Shown here in pieces: positions 22,472-33,255 of a stretch of 64,000 nt of DNA. Each line of letters begins with the position of its first letter. The first letter of the stretch is position 1. The stretch is from an uncultured cyanobacterium (lineage in GTDB: Bacteria > Cyanobacteriota > Cyanobacteriia > Cyanobacteriales > Nostocaceae). Position numbers and translations under genes: made by a program. A model generated the notes under the pieces. The model was not told where the DNA came from and made no database searches. It saw only the letters and a list, made by a program, of their open reading frames with translations. The stretch spans positions 5,152,001 to 5,216,000 of the forward strand of contig OY970166.1 in the NCBI GenBank assembly GCA_963706595.1, in the 5' to 3' direction.

Positions 22472-23072
22472 TATCCAAAAATTAAGGAAATACTGTTTAA
22501 CTTAAGAACTGGTTATGATTGACATCTACTAGCTTTTTGCTGCGGTTAGCTAGGATTGGCGTATTCTCGCAGATGATATTGCAGTAGATGAATAAAAACT
22601 AGACTCAAACCGTCACAGAAAATTGCTCTTGCAGGTAATATCTAGCACGCTACTAGATAATTTTTAATACTTTCCCTTAAGGGCAGTCATATTCAGATGA
22701 GAATTAACATAACTCTGTCCTCTAGCGGATCATCTTTGTGAATAGAGATGTGAGATGAATTTGAATTACTCAGTAGATGCTGGTATTTTTTTTCATCTGC
22801 TAACACTACGGTTATTCCTATTGCTTCATTGGTTTAATTATCTCGATAAATAGTAATTAAGTTTGTTTGATCGGATGCTGATTTGTCTTGATTTGCTCGG
22901 TTTTCCTGGCTAATGTTAGGCTGGTTAGCAAAGTTACTGCCGACAATCTAAAACAATGAGAACTGTAATAATTAGGTTTTAAGACCGTACAAATTAAGTG
23001 CATATAAAATTTTTATATGTATAAAACATAATGTCCACAGAAATTTGGCCGTTTACTTAACCCTACTAATTC

Positions 23073-23101
23073 TCTACAGTTATTTAGAGAAAAAATCCGG
23101 A
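23073..23101 (-). promoter_or_regulatory. DIF1-type heterocyst promoter motif for patS
   Basis: Minus strand TCCGGA-N18-GTAGA, about 600 nt upstream of the patS start. Confidence 0.8.
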
Positions 23102-24345
23102 TAGTTAAATACAAAAAGGTTGTTGTGAAAAGTTAATGTTAAACATTTGTCGCTCAATTCGATTGACTGATGTTCGTGGTTAGTATTTCTAGGTCAGATT
23201 CGGGGTCTATAAACAAAAATTTACTGATTGTAAATTAATGAGATTAATTTATTTAAATAATTTTTATTAGAAGTTCTACTTATGTCTGGATGTATTGATG
23301 TAGTTATTAAAATGGTAAAAATTATTTTTCCCAGCAAACTAGCTGAGAATTTTAGTTTAGTATTTATACGATTTTTATAGTATAAATACAATCTGATTTA
23401 TGCAAAAAATTGCTACATTGTATTTCTATGAAACCATCGCACCAAAGGAATCATATTTGCTACAAAAAAGTTAAAGCTTGTCCGCGTACTTCTGGATTTA
23501 CCTTGCCTTGGTCATAAACAATTTCACCGCCGACAATGGTTGTTACAGCCCATCCTGTAAGGTTCCAGCCTTCAAAAGGACTCCAACCACATTTAGTTAA
23601 GAGTTCCTCACGCTTGACTGGACGATATGTGTTTAAATCTACAAGGACTAAATCGGCATCGTAACCAGGAGCGATCGCACCTTTATTGGGTATACCATAA
23701 GCCACAGCCACAGCCTGAGACATCCAGTTAACGACTTGAGATACAGTACACTTTCCTTCCTTAGCCGCCGTTAACATCACCGCTAGGGAAGTCTCTACTC
23801 CAGGCATTCCAGAAGGCGTATTGGGATATTCTTGCGCTTTTTCTGCCAAAGTGTGAGGTGCGTGATCTGTAGCAATAAAATCAATGACACCATCGCGCAA
23901 AGCTTGCCAAAGCACTTCGTTATCGTGGGGCGATCGCAACGGTGGATTCATCTGTGCCAGAGTGCCAATTGTTTCATAGGCACTGGTATTCAATAATAAA
24001 TGCTGTGGTGTCACCTCTGCCGTTACCCAACTGGGTTTTTCCTGACGCAGCAAGTCGGCTTCTTCCGCCGTAGACAAATGTAGGATATGTAAACGACGTT
24101 GATATTTGTGAGAAAGTTTTAAGGCTCGTTGGGTTGCCAAAAGTGCCGCTTTACTATCTTGAATCTGAGAATGAACCGCCGGATCATGAATACCCGCAAA
24201 TTCTTGGCGACGTTGATTAATTCTGGTTTGGTCTTCCGCATAAACAGCAATTAACCGCCGACCTTAAGCAAAGATCGCCTCTAGTGCCTCATCTTGATCC
24301 ATCAGTAGCTGACCATGCATCGACCCCATAAAAACCTTAATACCG

Positions 24346-24389
24346 CAAAAGCCGCCCTAGAAGGGCGGGGTTTAAACCCCAGGTTTTCG
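24346..24389 (-). mobile_element. IS200/IS605 (IS891-like) left-end remnant in pyrC
   Basis: Minus strand TTAC|CGAAAACCTGGGGTTTAAACCCCGCCCTTCTAGGGCGGCTTTT, a subterminal hairpin directly after a TTAC target motif. Confidence 0.7.
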
Positions 24390-24535
24390 GTAAACAAATC
24401 TTCTTTGTGTTCTAGTCCTGGTTCGCGGAAATGGACCTGCGGATCTATGACTCCTGGCAACAAAGTTAACCCTTGTGCGTCAATCTCTGTAGTGGGTGTT
24501 GCCGGGGAAATTTCTGGTGCAACTTCAACGATTTG

Positions 24536-24615
24536 GCGATGGGCAAAGCCCCGCCTGCGGCGATCGCGTTCGCGGAGCGTGTGCTTTGCACTCAGCGCTG
24601 CTGCAAGCAGATCGC
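24536..24615. repeat. 72-nt stack of mini-elements inserted in frame at a HIP1 site in pyrC
   Basis: Adds [24 protein letters not shown] between TRD and RQIVEV; flanks reconstitute GCGATCGC. Confidence 0.75.
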
Positions 24616-24930
24616 GCGTCAGCACATCCCCCACCATTAACTCACCATCAGGGAGAATAATACTAGCGCGGCGAATCAGTAAACTTTGTGGAAATGACAT
24701 GAGCTTAACCGGATTTAGACATATGCTTATACTTTTAGGTTAAACTCGGTGACGCTTCCCTTCATAGATTTTTGCATAACGTTAAGAAAAAATTTATTTT
24801 CAACTGATCAATCCCTCTCTGAAAGATGCTAACTTCAGCCAGGAAATCAGAATTTACTCGTTAAGATGAAAGAATATAGTCTCCCTGAACGAGTTAAGTA
24901 GCTGCACTTCTCCCTTATTCCAGTAGTTTC

Positions 24931-25572
24931 ATGCGAAATCAAGTGTCTGATAACAACTCTAGTCAACAACCCGATAATTCCTGGCTCGCTGAATTAGCCA
25001 GAACAGTTGTATTAAGTATTGTGCTAGCTCTAGGCATTCGTACTTTTGTTGCTGAAGCTCGCTGGATTCCTTCTGGCTCGATGGAACCCACACTCAACGG
25101 CACTCCAAACCAGTGGGAGGCAGACAAAATAATTGTCGATAAATTGAAGTATAGATTTTCTGAACCGCAGAGGGGAGATATTGTCGTCTTTTCACCTACA
25201 AAAACACTACAAGACGAACAATACAACGACGCATTTATTAAACGTATAGTCGCCTTACCAGGAGAAAAAGTAGAACTCAAGGATGGACAAGTCTATATCA
25301 ACGATAAACCCCTTGAGGAAGTCAACTATCTCAAATCACAGCAGCGCACAGCAATTGATGTTTGCACATCAGGAGCGCAACCAGCTTATTTGGCAAAACC
25401 CGAAACTATACCCCCCAACTCATATTTAGTTTTAGGTGATAATCGCAACAGTAGCTACGACAGTCGCTGCTGGGGTGTTGTCCCGCGCGGAAATATTATC
25501 GGTCGTGCCGTACTCCGCTTTTGGCCTCTAAATAATATTGGCGGACTGGACAAGCCACCATTATACCCATAA
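24931..25572 (+). CDS. lepB: Signal peptidase I
   Basis: IPSGSMEPTL, FIKRIVALPG, LGDNRNSSYDSR. Confidence 0.95.
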   Translation: MRNQVSDNNSSQQPDNSWLAELARTVVLSIVLALGIRTFVAEARWIPSGSMEPTLNGTPNQWEADKIIVDKLKYRFSEPQRGDIVVFSPTKTLQDEQYNDAFIKRIVALPGEKVELKDGQVYINDKPLEEVNYLKSQQRTAIDVCTSGAQPAYLAKPETIPPNSYLVLGDNRNSSYDSRCWGVVPRGNIIGRAVLRFWPLNNIGGLDKPPLYP

Positions 25573-25576
25573 ATTA

Positions 25577-26359
25577 ATGCCATACTTAGCCAGAACTCTA
25601 CTCTACCCGATTAAATCACTGGATGGCGTTGAAGTTGAGCAAGCAAAGGTTCTGGCCAGTGGGGCGCTAGAGTCTGACCGTGAGTTTGCCATTTTTGACG
25701 CACAGGGTAGGTTTGTGAATGGCAAGCGCGTGAGCAAAATCCATTTAATTAGATCACAGTGTGACATTCCTAATAGAACTATCTCGCTGCAAACCCCGAA
25801 GCAGGACTCACCAAGAGTTTTTCATCTGGATGCAGAACAGCAAGAAATAGCGGCAAGCCTCAGTGATTTTTTGGGGTTTGCCGTGACATTAGGGCAAAAT
25901 CCTTTCCTGGGCTTTCCCGACGATACCAACTCACCAGGTCCAACAGTAATTAGTACAGCAACTTTAACAGAGGTAGCTTCCTGGTTCCCTGGTTTGAATG
26001 TTGATAATATGCGTCGCCGCATCCGTGCCAATATTGAAGTTGATGGTGTACCAGCATTTTGGGAAGATCAGTTATTTAATCAAACAGGCAATCTAGTCTC
26101 CTTGCGAGTGGGAGATGTGAGTTTATTGGGGATCAACCCATGTCAGCGTTGTATAGTTCCAACACGCAATCCTGACTCTGGAGAAGCTTACCCAAACTTT
26201 CAAAAAATATTTGTGCAGCAGCGACAAGCAAGTTTACCAGATTGGGCGGACTCATCGTACTTTAATCATTTTTATCGCTTGAGTGTCAATACACGATTAA
26301 CACCATCAGAGACTGGAAAAATTTTGCAAATTGGTAACAAAATTGACATATTTACTTGA
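25577..26359 (+). CDS. MOSC domain protein
   Basis: LYPIKSLDG, DREFAI, RRIRANIEV, PCQRCIVP. Confidence 0.85.
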   Translation: MPYLARTLLYPIKSLDGVEVEQAKVLASGALESDREFAIFDAQGRFVNGKRVSKIHLIRSQCDIPNRTISLQTPKQDSPRVFHLDAEQQEIAASLSDFLGFAVTLGQNPFLGFPDDTNSPGPTVISTATLTEVASWFPGLNVDNMRRRIRANIEVDGVPAFWEDQLFNQTGNLVSLRVGDVSLLGINPCQRCIVPTRNPDSGEAYPNFQKIFVQQRQASLPDWADSSYFNHFYRLSVNTRLTPSETGKILQIGNKIDIFT

Positions 26360-26963
26360 TAAATCTAGTATGATCTATGTCTAAATTGTGAGTTATTTAG
26401 CAAATTTGACTGCAAGTATATAAGCGCAGAATGCAGTTGGAAAAGAGGCAAGGGAGCAGGGAGCAGGGGGGAAAGTCCAGATGGGGATTCGACCCCACCA
26501 GGACGACGAGAACCATTTTGTAGAAATGGGGGACTCAGACCCATGTTCTGCTCCGCTTCACGGCAGGAGGAAGGGGTCATTTCCCCCTACCTCTTCGTTA
26601 AAAAAATATGTCTATACGATTGTTCTACAATCTAGGTTTATACTAGTAGCAGTTAGTTGCTGCTCATTTACCAAGGATTAATCCAGTAATTTCACTGAAA
26701 AACACAGTAATATGAAAAAAGCTAATTTGGCTCAATTTTAGCGTTGGGGAAAAATTAAACCACAATGTTATCCAAAGTTCAGCCACTCAAATTTTTAACG
26801 ACTTAATAATCATCGTTTTGATTCAGCGCTGGATCATCACACCAATTGTGCAGTTAAAGATAGAAACGCCGTCAGATAAAAGTCAACTTTTCCGATTTTT
26901 CCGATTTTTAGCCAGCGAATATCAGTGTGAGAAAATTATGGAATTGACTGGAAATAAGGCATA

Positions 26964-28800
26964 ATGCATTACAAGCGCTTAGACCCCGATAAAAAAGATA
27001 TCTTGCTCATTGACGATACTCCTAACAACCTGCGAGTTTTGTCATCTATTCTCACAAAACAAGGATATAACGTTCGCAAAGCCTTGAACTGGCAAATGGC
27101 GTTGATTGCTTGTCAAACAGTGTTACCGGATCTGATCTTACTCGACATTATGATGCCGGATGTCGATGGTTATGAAGTCTGCCATCACTTGAAATCGTGG
27201 CATATTACAGCAGAAATTCCGGTAATTTTTATTAGTGCTTTAGATGATCCTTTCGACAAGATAAAAGCTTTTAAAGTTGGGGGAGTAGACTATATTTCTA
27301 AACCATTTGACTTTCAAGAAGTTTTAGTCCGTGTGCAGAATCAATTGGCATTAAGGGCAGCACAAATAGAAATATTAAAGTTAAATGACGAACTAGAAGC
27401 AAGAGTAAAACAGCGCACTTGGGAACTAGAAAAAACTCTACAAATACTAAAAGAAGAAATTGACTCTCGTCAACAGATGCAAGGTAAATTACTGGACATG
27501 GTATTACATGATTCACTCACTGGTTTACCAAATAGATTTTTCTTTAGTAAACGATTAGAAAAAGTTTTACATCTGTCCAAGCAAGAATCAACTTATCAGT
27601 TTGCTATATTGTTTTTGGATTGCGATCGCTTTAAAATTGTCAATGATTCTCTAGGACATTTAGTAGGAGATGAATTACTCGTTGCTATTTCTCAGCGCCT
27701 GCAAATATGTCTAAAAAAATCTGATACCCTAGCACGGTTAGGCGGCGATGAATTTGGGATTATCTTAGAAAACTTACCAGATGTTAATGCCGCCATCAAA
27801 GTATCTGAGCGGATTTTAGAAAAATTATCACTTAGCTTCAAACTTTCAAGATATGAAGTTTTTATCAATGCTAGTATTGGGATTAATTGGGGCAGTAAAG
27901 ACTACGAACAGCCAGAATATTTGCTCCGGGATGCTGACACGGCAATGTATCATGCCAAAGCTCTAGGAAGAGCTAGATATCATCTTTTTGACCCAGTTAT
28001 GTATCAAGAAGCAATTCAGCTTTTAGATTTAGAAAATGACCTGCGTCGAGTCTGTTGAACGACAAGAGTTTGTTGTCTACTATCAGCCAATTATTTCTTT
28101 AATCACAGGTAGAGTTTCTGGATTTGAAGCACTTGTACGCTGGAAGCATCCAATTCGTGGTTTAATTTTTCCCACAGATTTTATTCCCATAGCCGAAGAA
28201 ACAGGTTTAATTAATACTATCGATAAATGGGTCTTGCGGTCAGCTTGTCATCAACTAAGTATCTGGCAAGATTACCCAGCAACACCAAAAAACTTAACTA
28301 TTAGCGCTAATTTGAGTGCGCGGTTGTTTTCACAACCTAATTTAATATTTGAAATTGATCAAATTATTCAGGAAACAAAAATAAATCCAGCTAACTTACA
28401 ACTAGAAATAACCGAAAGTGTTATCATGGAAAATACTCATACGGTAAAAACAGTTATTCAGCAGCTAAAAGACAGAAATATTAAATTAGTAATGGATGAT
28501 TTTGGTACAGGTTATTCTTCTTTAAGTTATCTACATAATTTTCCTTTAAACACATTAAAAATTGATAAAAGTTTTGTGAAAATTATGGAAAAAAATCCCG
28601 AAAATTTAGGACTATTACCAGCTATAATCAGTATTGCTGAGTCAATGGGAATGACTGTGGTAGCCGAAGGAGTCGAAACTAGAGAACAATTAGAAAAACT
28701 GCGAAGTTTAAATTGTGATTTCGCTCAAGGATATCTATTCTCTAGAGCTATAGAACCAAAATTAGTCCTCAATTTTCTTGAGACAGCACCTCAATGGTAA
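26964..28800 (+). CDS. Response regulator-GGDEF-EAL protein; one +1 frameshift near 28051
   Basis: Receiver, RLGGDEF, GFEALVRW, DDFGTGYSSL; removing one T restores ENDLRRAVERQEF (1836 nt). Confidence 0.9.
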
Positions 28801-28866
28801 TCACAAAATTATTAATTGAATAATGCCATCGATGCTTGAGTCCATTATTAAAAGTATAATAGAAAT

Positions 28867-30021
28867 GTGACTGATTTGTTCGCCCCTTTACAATCCTTGA
28901 AAGAAGGACACTGGTTTAAGCTGATCTGCGGAGCTAGCTTCCAACACCTGCCAGCCGTTAGGAGTTTAACATTAGCCTATACATTGGCAGGCGCTGATTG
29001 TATAGATGTGGCAGCTGATCCAGCCGTAATCGCAGCAGCGCAAGAAGCGTTACAAGTAGCTAGGCATTTACTTGAGGATGCGAAGGCGCGAGGTTATGGC
29101 TATCAAGGCAATTTACCTTTGTTGATGGTCAGCCTGAACGATGGCGAAGACCCCCATTTTCGCAAAGCCGAGTTTAACTCTAGTGAATGCCCTACAGATT
29201 GCCCTAGACCCTGTGAAACCATTTGCCCAGCCCAAGCCATTGTTTTTAACCAGAGGGATGACACTTCGACTTACCTCGGCTCCGCTCGGCACGAGTCGCT
29301 CAGTGTGAACTTTTCGGGTGTTGAAGCCCAAAAGTGCTACGGCTGTGGACGTTGCATACCAGTTTGCCCTTATGGTAAAATTTATACAAAATCATATATG
29401 TCCAGCTCTGGTGCGATCGCGCCATTAGTAATGTCAAAGGTCGTAGATGCCGTAGAAATTCACACAAAAGTTGGACACTTGGCAAAGTTTCGCCAATTAT
29501 GGCAAACAATTTCACCTTGGGCTGACCAACTAAAGGTATTAGCCATTAGCTGTCCCGATGGCGAAGGCATGATTGACTACCTACGTGCAATTAGTGAAGT
29601 AATTACCCCATTGCGTGGCTCCTTGATTTGGCAGACAGACGGCCGACCGATGAGTGGTGATATTGGAGATGGCACTACTTTAGCAACGGTAAAACTAGGG
29701 CAAAAAGTTTTGACAGCTAAGTTACCGGGATATGTGCAGTTAGCAGGTGGCACTAATAGCTACACCATTGTTAAGTTAAAGGCAATGGGATTGTTGAAAA
29801 ATGCAGAGTACCATCCTCAACCCCATGTTTCTGGAATTGCTTACGGTAGTTACGCCCGTGTGCTGCTGTCACCAATTCTCGATCAGTTAGAGAATCAGGA
29901 GGTGAGTCAAACCAGTGTCAAGGCGAAAGTTCGCCTCGAAGCAGAACCCGAATTACTTTGGCCAGCAGTCAAGCTTGCCCATTCCCTGGTTTCCCAGATC
30001 AAGTCACAGCAGGAGCGCTAA
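28867..30021 (+). CDS. ldpA: Circadian Fe-S protein LdpA
   Basis: WFKLICGASF, CPTDCPRPCETICP, CYGCGRCIPVCP, WQTDGRPMSGDIG, VQLAGGTN. Confidence 0.9.
   Translation: MTDLFAPLQSLKEGHWFKLICGASFQHLPAVRSLTLAYTLAGADCIDVAADPAVIAAAQEALQVARHLLEDAKARGYGYQGNLPLLMVSLNDGEDPHFRKAEFNSSECPTDCPRPCETICPAQAIVFNQRDDTSTYLGSARHESLSVNFSGVEAQKCYGCGRCIPVCPYGKIYTKSYMSSSGAIAPLVMSKVVDAVEIHTKVGHLAKFRQLWQTISPWADQLKVLAISCPDGEGMIDYLRAISEVITPLRGSLIWQTDGRPMSGDIGDGTTLATVKLGQKVLTAKLPGYVQLAGGTNSYTIVKLKAMGLLKNAEYHPQPHVSGIAYGSYARVLLSPILDQLENQEVSQTSVKAKVRLEAEPELLWPAVKLAHSLVSQIKSQQER
29262..29309. repeat. Two nested 24-nt mini-elements in frame in ldpA
   Basis: CACTTCGACT[TACCTCGGCTCCGCTCGGCACGAG]TCGCTCAGTGTGAA. Confidence 0.8.
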
Positions 30022-30030
30022 TCGCTCGTT

Positions 30031-30054
30031 CACTTCGGCTGCGCTCAGTGTAAA
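30031..30054. repeat. 24-nt mini-element, same family
   Basis: CACTTCGGCTGCGCTCAGTGTAAA. Confidence 0.8.
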
Positions 30055-30085
30055 CGTTATCTCTAAAAACGTCACCATAGAAAGC

Positions 30086-31822
30086 ATGACGATTACAGAA
30101 GACCTTCAAAAGTTATTAGACATTCTGCCCCAAGACCTGCGACAAAATCTAGAGAGTCATCCCCAACGAGATAGTTTAGTTGAAGTGGTCTTGGATCTGG
30201 GTCGTTGCCCAGAGGCTCGCTTTCCTAATCAAGCTGAGTATCTGAGCGAAACACCCGTTACTCAAGCCCAAATCGATGATTGCATTCAGCGAATCGGAAC
30301 CTTTAGCGGAGATAATCGCGCCGGAATTGAGCTAACTTTGCATCGGATCAGTGCTATTCGTAACCGGAGTGGTAAAATTATTGGCTTGACCTGTCGCGTG
30401 GGTCGGGCAGTATTCGGCACCATTGGCATGATCCGCGATTTAGTGGAAACTGGTAAATCAATTCTCATGCTGGGGCGGCCGGGTGTGGGTAAAACTACTG
30501 CTTTAAGAGAAATTGCCCGTGTTTTAGCAGATGATTTCCATAAACGGGTCGTAATTATTGACACCTCCAACGAAATCGCCGGGGATGGTGATGTGCCTCA
30601 CCCGGCTATTGGTCGTGCGCGGCGGATGCAAGTGGCAAAACCCGAACTTCAGCATCAGGTAATGATTGAGGCAGTGGAAAACCACATGCCAGAAGTCATC
30701 GTGATTGATGAAATTGGTACAGAATTAGAAGCTTTAGCGGCGCGTACCATTGCGGAACGGGGTGTGCAATTGGTTGGTACTGCCCACGGTAATCAAATTG
30801 AAAACTTGATTAAAAACCCTACTCTTTCTGATTTAGTGGGCGGGATTCAGGCTGTGACTTTGGGGGATGACGAAGCTAGAAGGCGGGGCAGTCAAAAGAC
30901 CGTTTTGGAACGCAAAGCTCCTCCCACTTTCGAGATTGCTGTGGAAATGTTGGAACGGCAACGCTGGGTAATACACGAAAGTGTGGCGGATACGGTAGAT
31001 ACTCTGCTCAGAGGTCGTCAGCCTAGCCCACAAACGAGAAGCGTTGATGAGCAAGGTAAGGTGGCGATGACACGGCAGTTATCGGTGGTTAACGGTCGAG
31101 GTGGGCAAGTTGCCCCCAGAGAGGAATCTTTTCCAGCAGTGCGACCAACTAATGGCTGGCGTTCATCAGGACAAATGGTAGCATTGCCACCTTTGTCTTT
31201 AGAACGGGAGCGGATGACTGGACGTAGTGAGTTTGACCGCTTGCTGGATGAATCCTTCAACTACTCTGAGAGTTTTGATGTCAAAACCAGTAGACACTCA
31301 GGGCCCAATGGCGAAGATTTGCCTCTACACATTTATCCTTATGGTGTGAGTCGCCATCAATTAGAACAGGTGATTGGTGTATTAACTTTGCCAGTGATCT
31401 TGACAAAAGATATTGATACTGCGGATGCAATTTTAGCATTGCGATCGCACGTCAAAAACCACGCCAAGTTACGGCAAATGGCTAAAGTTCGTCATGTGCC
31501 AATTCATATCATTAAGTCCAGTACAATTCCACAGATTACCCGTGGTTTGCGGCGGTTGCTGAACATTGAAGATCCGGAAATGACCGATGACCGGGAACTG
31601 CAATTGTTTCTGCACGGTGGCTCAGATGATGAGATGGATGCTCTCGAAGAAGCCAGACTGGCTGTAGAGCAGATTGTAATTCCCAAAGGTCAGCCAGTGG
31701 AGTTATTACCCCGTTCTTCCAAAGTCCGCAAAATGCAGCATGAGTTGGTAGAACACTATCGACTCAAGTCTGATAGTTTTGGCGAAGAACCAAATCGGCG
31801 TTTGCGGATTTATCCGGCTTAA
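30086..31822 (+). CDS. Ycf45-like AAA ATPase with R3H domain
   Basis: TLHRISAIRNR, GRPGVGKTT, IDTSNEIAGDG, RKMQHELV; ATG 30086 preferred as start. Confidence 0.88.
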   Translation: MTITEDLQKLLDILPQDLRQNLESHPQRDSLVEVVLDLGRCPEARFPNQAEYLSETPVTQAQIDDCIQRIGTFSGDNRAGIELTLHRISAIRNRSGKIIGLTCRVGRAVFGTIGMIRDLVETGKSILMLGRPGVGKTTALREIARVLADDFHKRVVIIDTSNEIAGDGDVPHPAIGRARRMQVAKPELQHQVMIEAVENHMPEVIVIDEIGTELEALAARTIAERGVQLVGTAHGNQIENLIKNPTLSDLVGGIQAVTLGDDEARRRGSQKTVLERKAPPTFEIAVEMLERQRWVIHESVADTVDTLLRGRQPSPQTRSVDEQGKVAMTRQLSVVNGRGGQVAPREESFPAVRPTNGWRSSGQMVALPPLSLERERMTGRSEFDRLLDESFNYSESFDVKTSRHSGPNGEDLPLHIYPYGVSRHQLEQVIGVLTLPVILTKDIDTADAILALRSHVKNHAKLRQMAKVRHVPIHIIKSSTIPQITRGLRRLLNIEDPEMTDDRELQLFLHGGSDDEMDALEEARLAVEQIVIPKGQPVELLPRSSKVRKMQHELVEHYRLKSDSFGEEPNRRLRIYPA

Positions 31823-31914
31823 TGGGGAGTGGGGAGTGGGGAGTGGGGAGTGGGGAGTGGGGAATGGGGAGTGGGGAGTGGGGAATAGGGAGTGGGGAGT
31901 GGGGAGTGGGGAGT
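31823..31914. repeat. STRR (GGGGAGT)n
   Basis: About 13 heptamer copies. Confidence 0.95.
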
Positions 31915-31920
31915 AGGAAG

Positions 31921-32601
31921 TTACAATCCTTCCCCCCTGCACCCTGCACCCTGCGCCCCTGCCTCTTCCACTGGACTGACTTTAGCTCGATATAGTAGCT
32001 TGTCGCCTTGTACATAGCCTGTGTAACGTACTACCACTGTTTCACCTGGTTGGGCTGTTCCTGCCATTAATTGGTGCATTTGGGGATTATAAGGTACTTC
32101 TGCTGCCACGGGTGCGATCGCCTGTATTCCCCATTCCTGTAATAGTCTTTCTAAAGGTTTCTGCACCAAAGGCACAATTTTAATTGCTGCTAACTGGGGA
32201 TTTTCCGTAGCTTTCTGGGCTGCTGTCGGCCATTGTAATAATAATGATTCCAGCAATTGTAAACTCGACTGCTGGAATTCTTGTTTTAATATTTCTCGCT
32301 GTTGTGCTAATTGCAGTTGCGATCGCTGGTACTCTGTTTTTAACTCTGCTATCTCTTTTTGGCTAGGGAGTGGGGAGTGGGAAGTAGGGAGTGCTGAAAA
32401 AGTATCGAGTAATTCACTCAACGAAATCTGGAAAACTTGCGATAACTTCAGCAGCACATCCACCCGCATTTGTTCTAGTTTGCCTTGTCGCAGCCGCAAA
32501 ATTTGACGTTCTGAGACACCAGCATCACGACTCAACGCCTTAAAACTAGAAATATTTACACGCTGCATCAAATTTTGCAACTTCTGGGTGTCATTAATCA
32601 T
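31921..32601 (-). CDS. XRE-type HTH protein with GrpE-like C-terminus
   Basis: FKALSRDAGVSERQILRLRQG HTH; YNPQMHQ..VVVRYTGYVQGDKLLYRAKV. Confidence 0.75.
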   Translation of the reverse strand: MINDTQKLQNLMQRVNISSFKALSRDAGVSERQILRLRQGKLEQMRVDVLLKLSQVFQISLSELLDTFSALPTSHSPLPSQKEIAELKTEYQRSQLQLAQQREILKQEFQQSSLQLLESLLLQWPTAAQKATENPQLAAIKIVPLVQKPLERLLQEWGIQAIAPVAAEVPYNPQMHQLMAGTAQPGETVVVRYTGYVQGDKLLYRAKVSPVEEAGAQGAGCRGEGL

Positions 32602-32708
32602 TAGTCATTAGTCATTGATTGGCAAGTCAAAATCTTTCCTCCCCCCTGCTCCCTGCTCCCTGCTCCCCTGCTTCTTCTCCCCACTCCCCACTCCCCACTC
32701 CCCATTCC

Positions 32709-33200
32709 CTACTCTTCCAATAAACTTCTCAACATCCAAGCAGTTTTTTCGTGGACTTGCATCCGTTGAGTTAATAAATCGGCTGTGGGTTCGTCGTTGA
32801 CTTCTTCCAATAGAGGAAAAATAGAACGTGCAGTTCTGACGACGGCTTCTTGTCCTTCCACCAGCAAGCCAATCATTTCTTTAGCTTTGGGAACTCCTGG
32901 GGTTTCTGGAATTGAACTCAGTTTGACATATTCGCTGTAAGTTCCTGGTGCGGGGTGTCCTAAAGCTCTGATTCTTTCGGCAATTAAATCAACAGCTAAG
33001 GCTAATTCTGTATACTGAGTCTCAAACATTAAATGCAAGGTTTGAAACATCGGACCTGTAACGTTCCAATGAAAGTTATGAGTTTTTAGATACAGTGTAT
33101 AAGTGTCAGCCAATAGGCGAGACAGACCCTCGGCAATTTTAGCCCTACTTGCGTCGTCAATACCGATATTGACATTTTTGGCTGTTGCTTGAGATGACAT
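32709..33200 (-). CDS. dps: Dps family ferritin-like protein
   Basis: [36 protein letters not shown]. Confidence 0.95.
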   Translation of the reverse strand: MSSQATAKNVNIGIDDASRAKIAEGLSRLLADTYTLYLKTHNFHWNVTGPMFQTLHLMFETQYTELALAVDLIAERIRALGHPAPGTYSEYVKLSSIPETPGVPKAKEMIGLLVEGQEAVVRTARSIFPLLEEVNDEPTADLLTQRMQVHEKTAWMLRSLLEE

Positions 33201-33255
33201 ATTTTTCCCTTATTTGGTTATGTGTTTGAGAAATCTCACATCTAAATACTTATTA

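Larger units (their letters stand above)
23460..24700 (-). pseudogene. pyrC: Dihydroorotase pseudogene
   Basis: [23 protein letters not shown] motifs; internal deletion at an IS scar, frameshift, in-frame TAA at 24264-24266, HAED changed to YAED. Confidence 0.85.

Noticed and set aside
23360..23389. Perfect 10-bp inverted repeat GTATTTATAC-N10-GTATAAATAC
   Set aside because: AT-rich, does not fit NtcA GTA-N8-TAC spacing, and no function can be assigned
26481..26590. tRNA-like GGGGATTCGACCCC
   Set aside because: No cloverleaf or acceptor stem; embedded in repeat-type sequence
31706..32015. ORFs rich in PTPHSPL (also 32615-32800 and 55599-55781)
   Set aside because: Translations of STRR heptamer tracts
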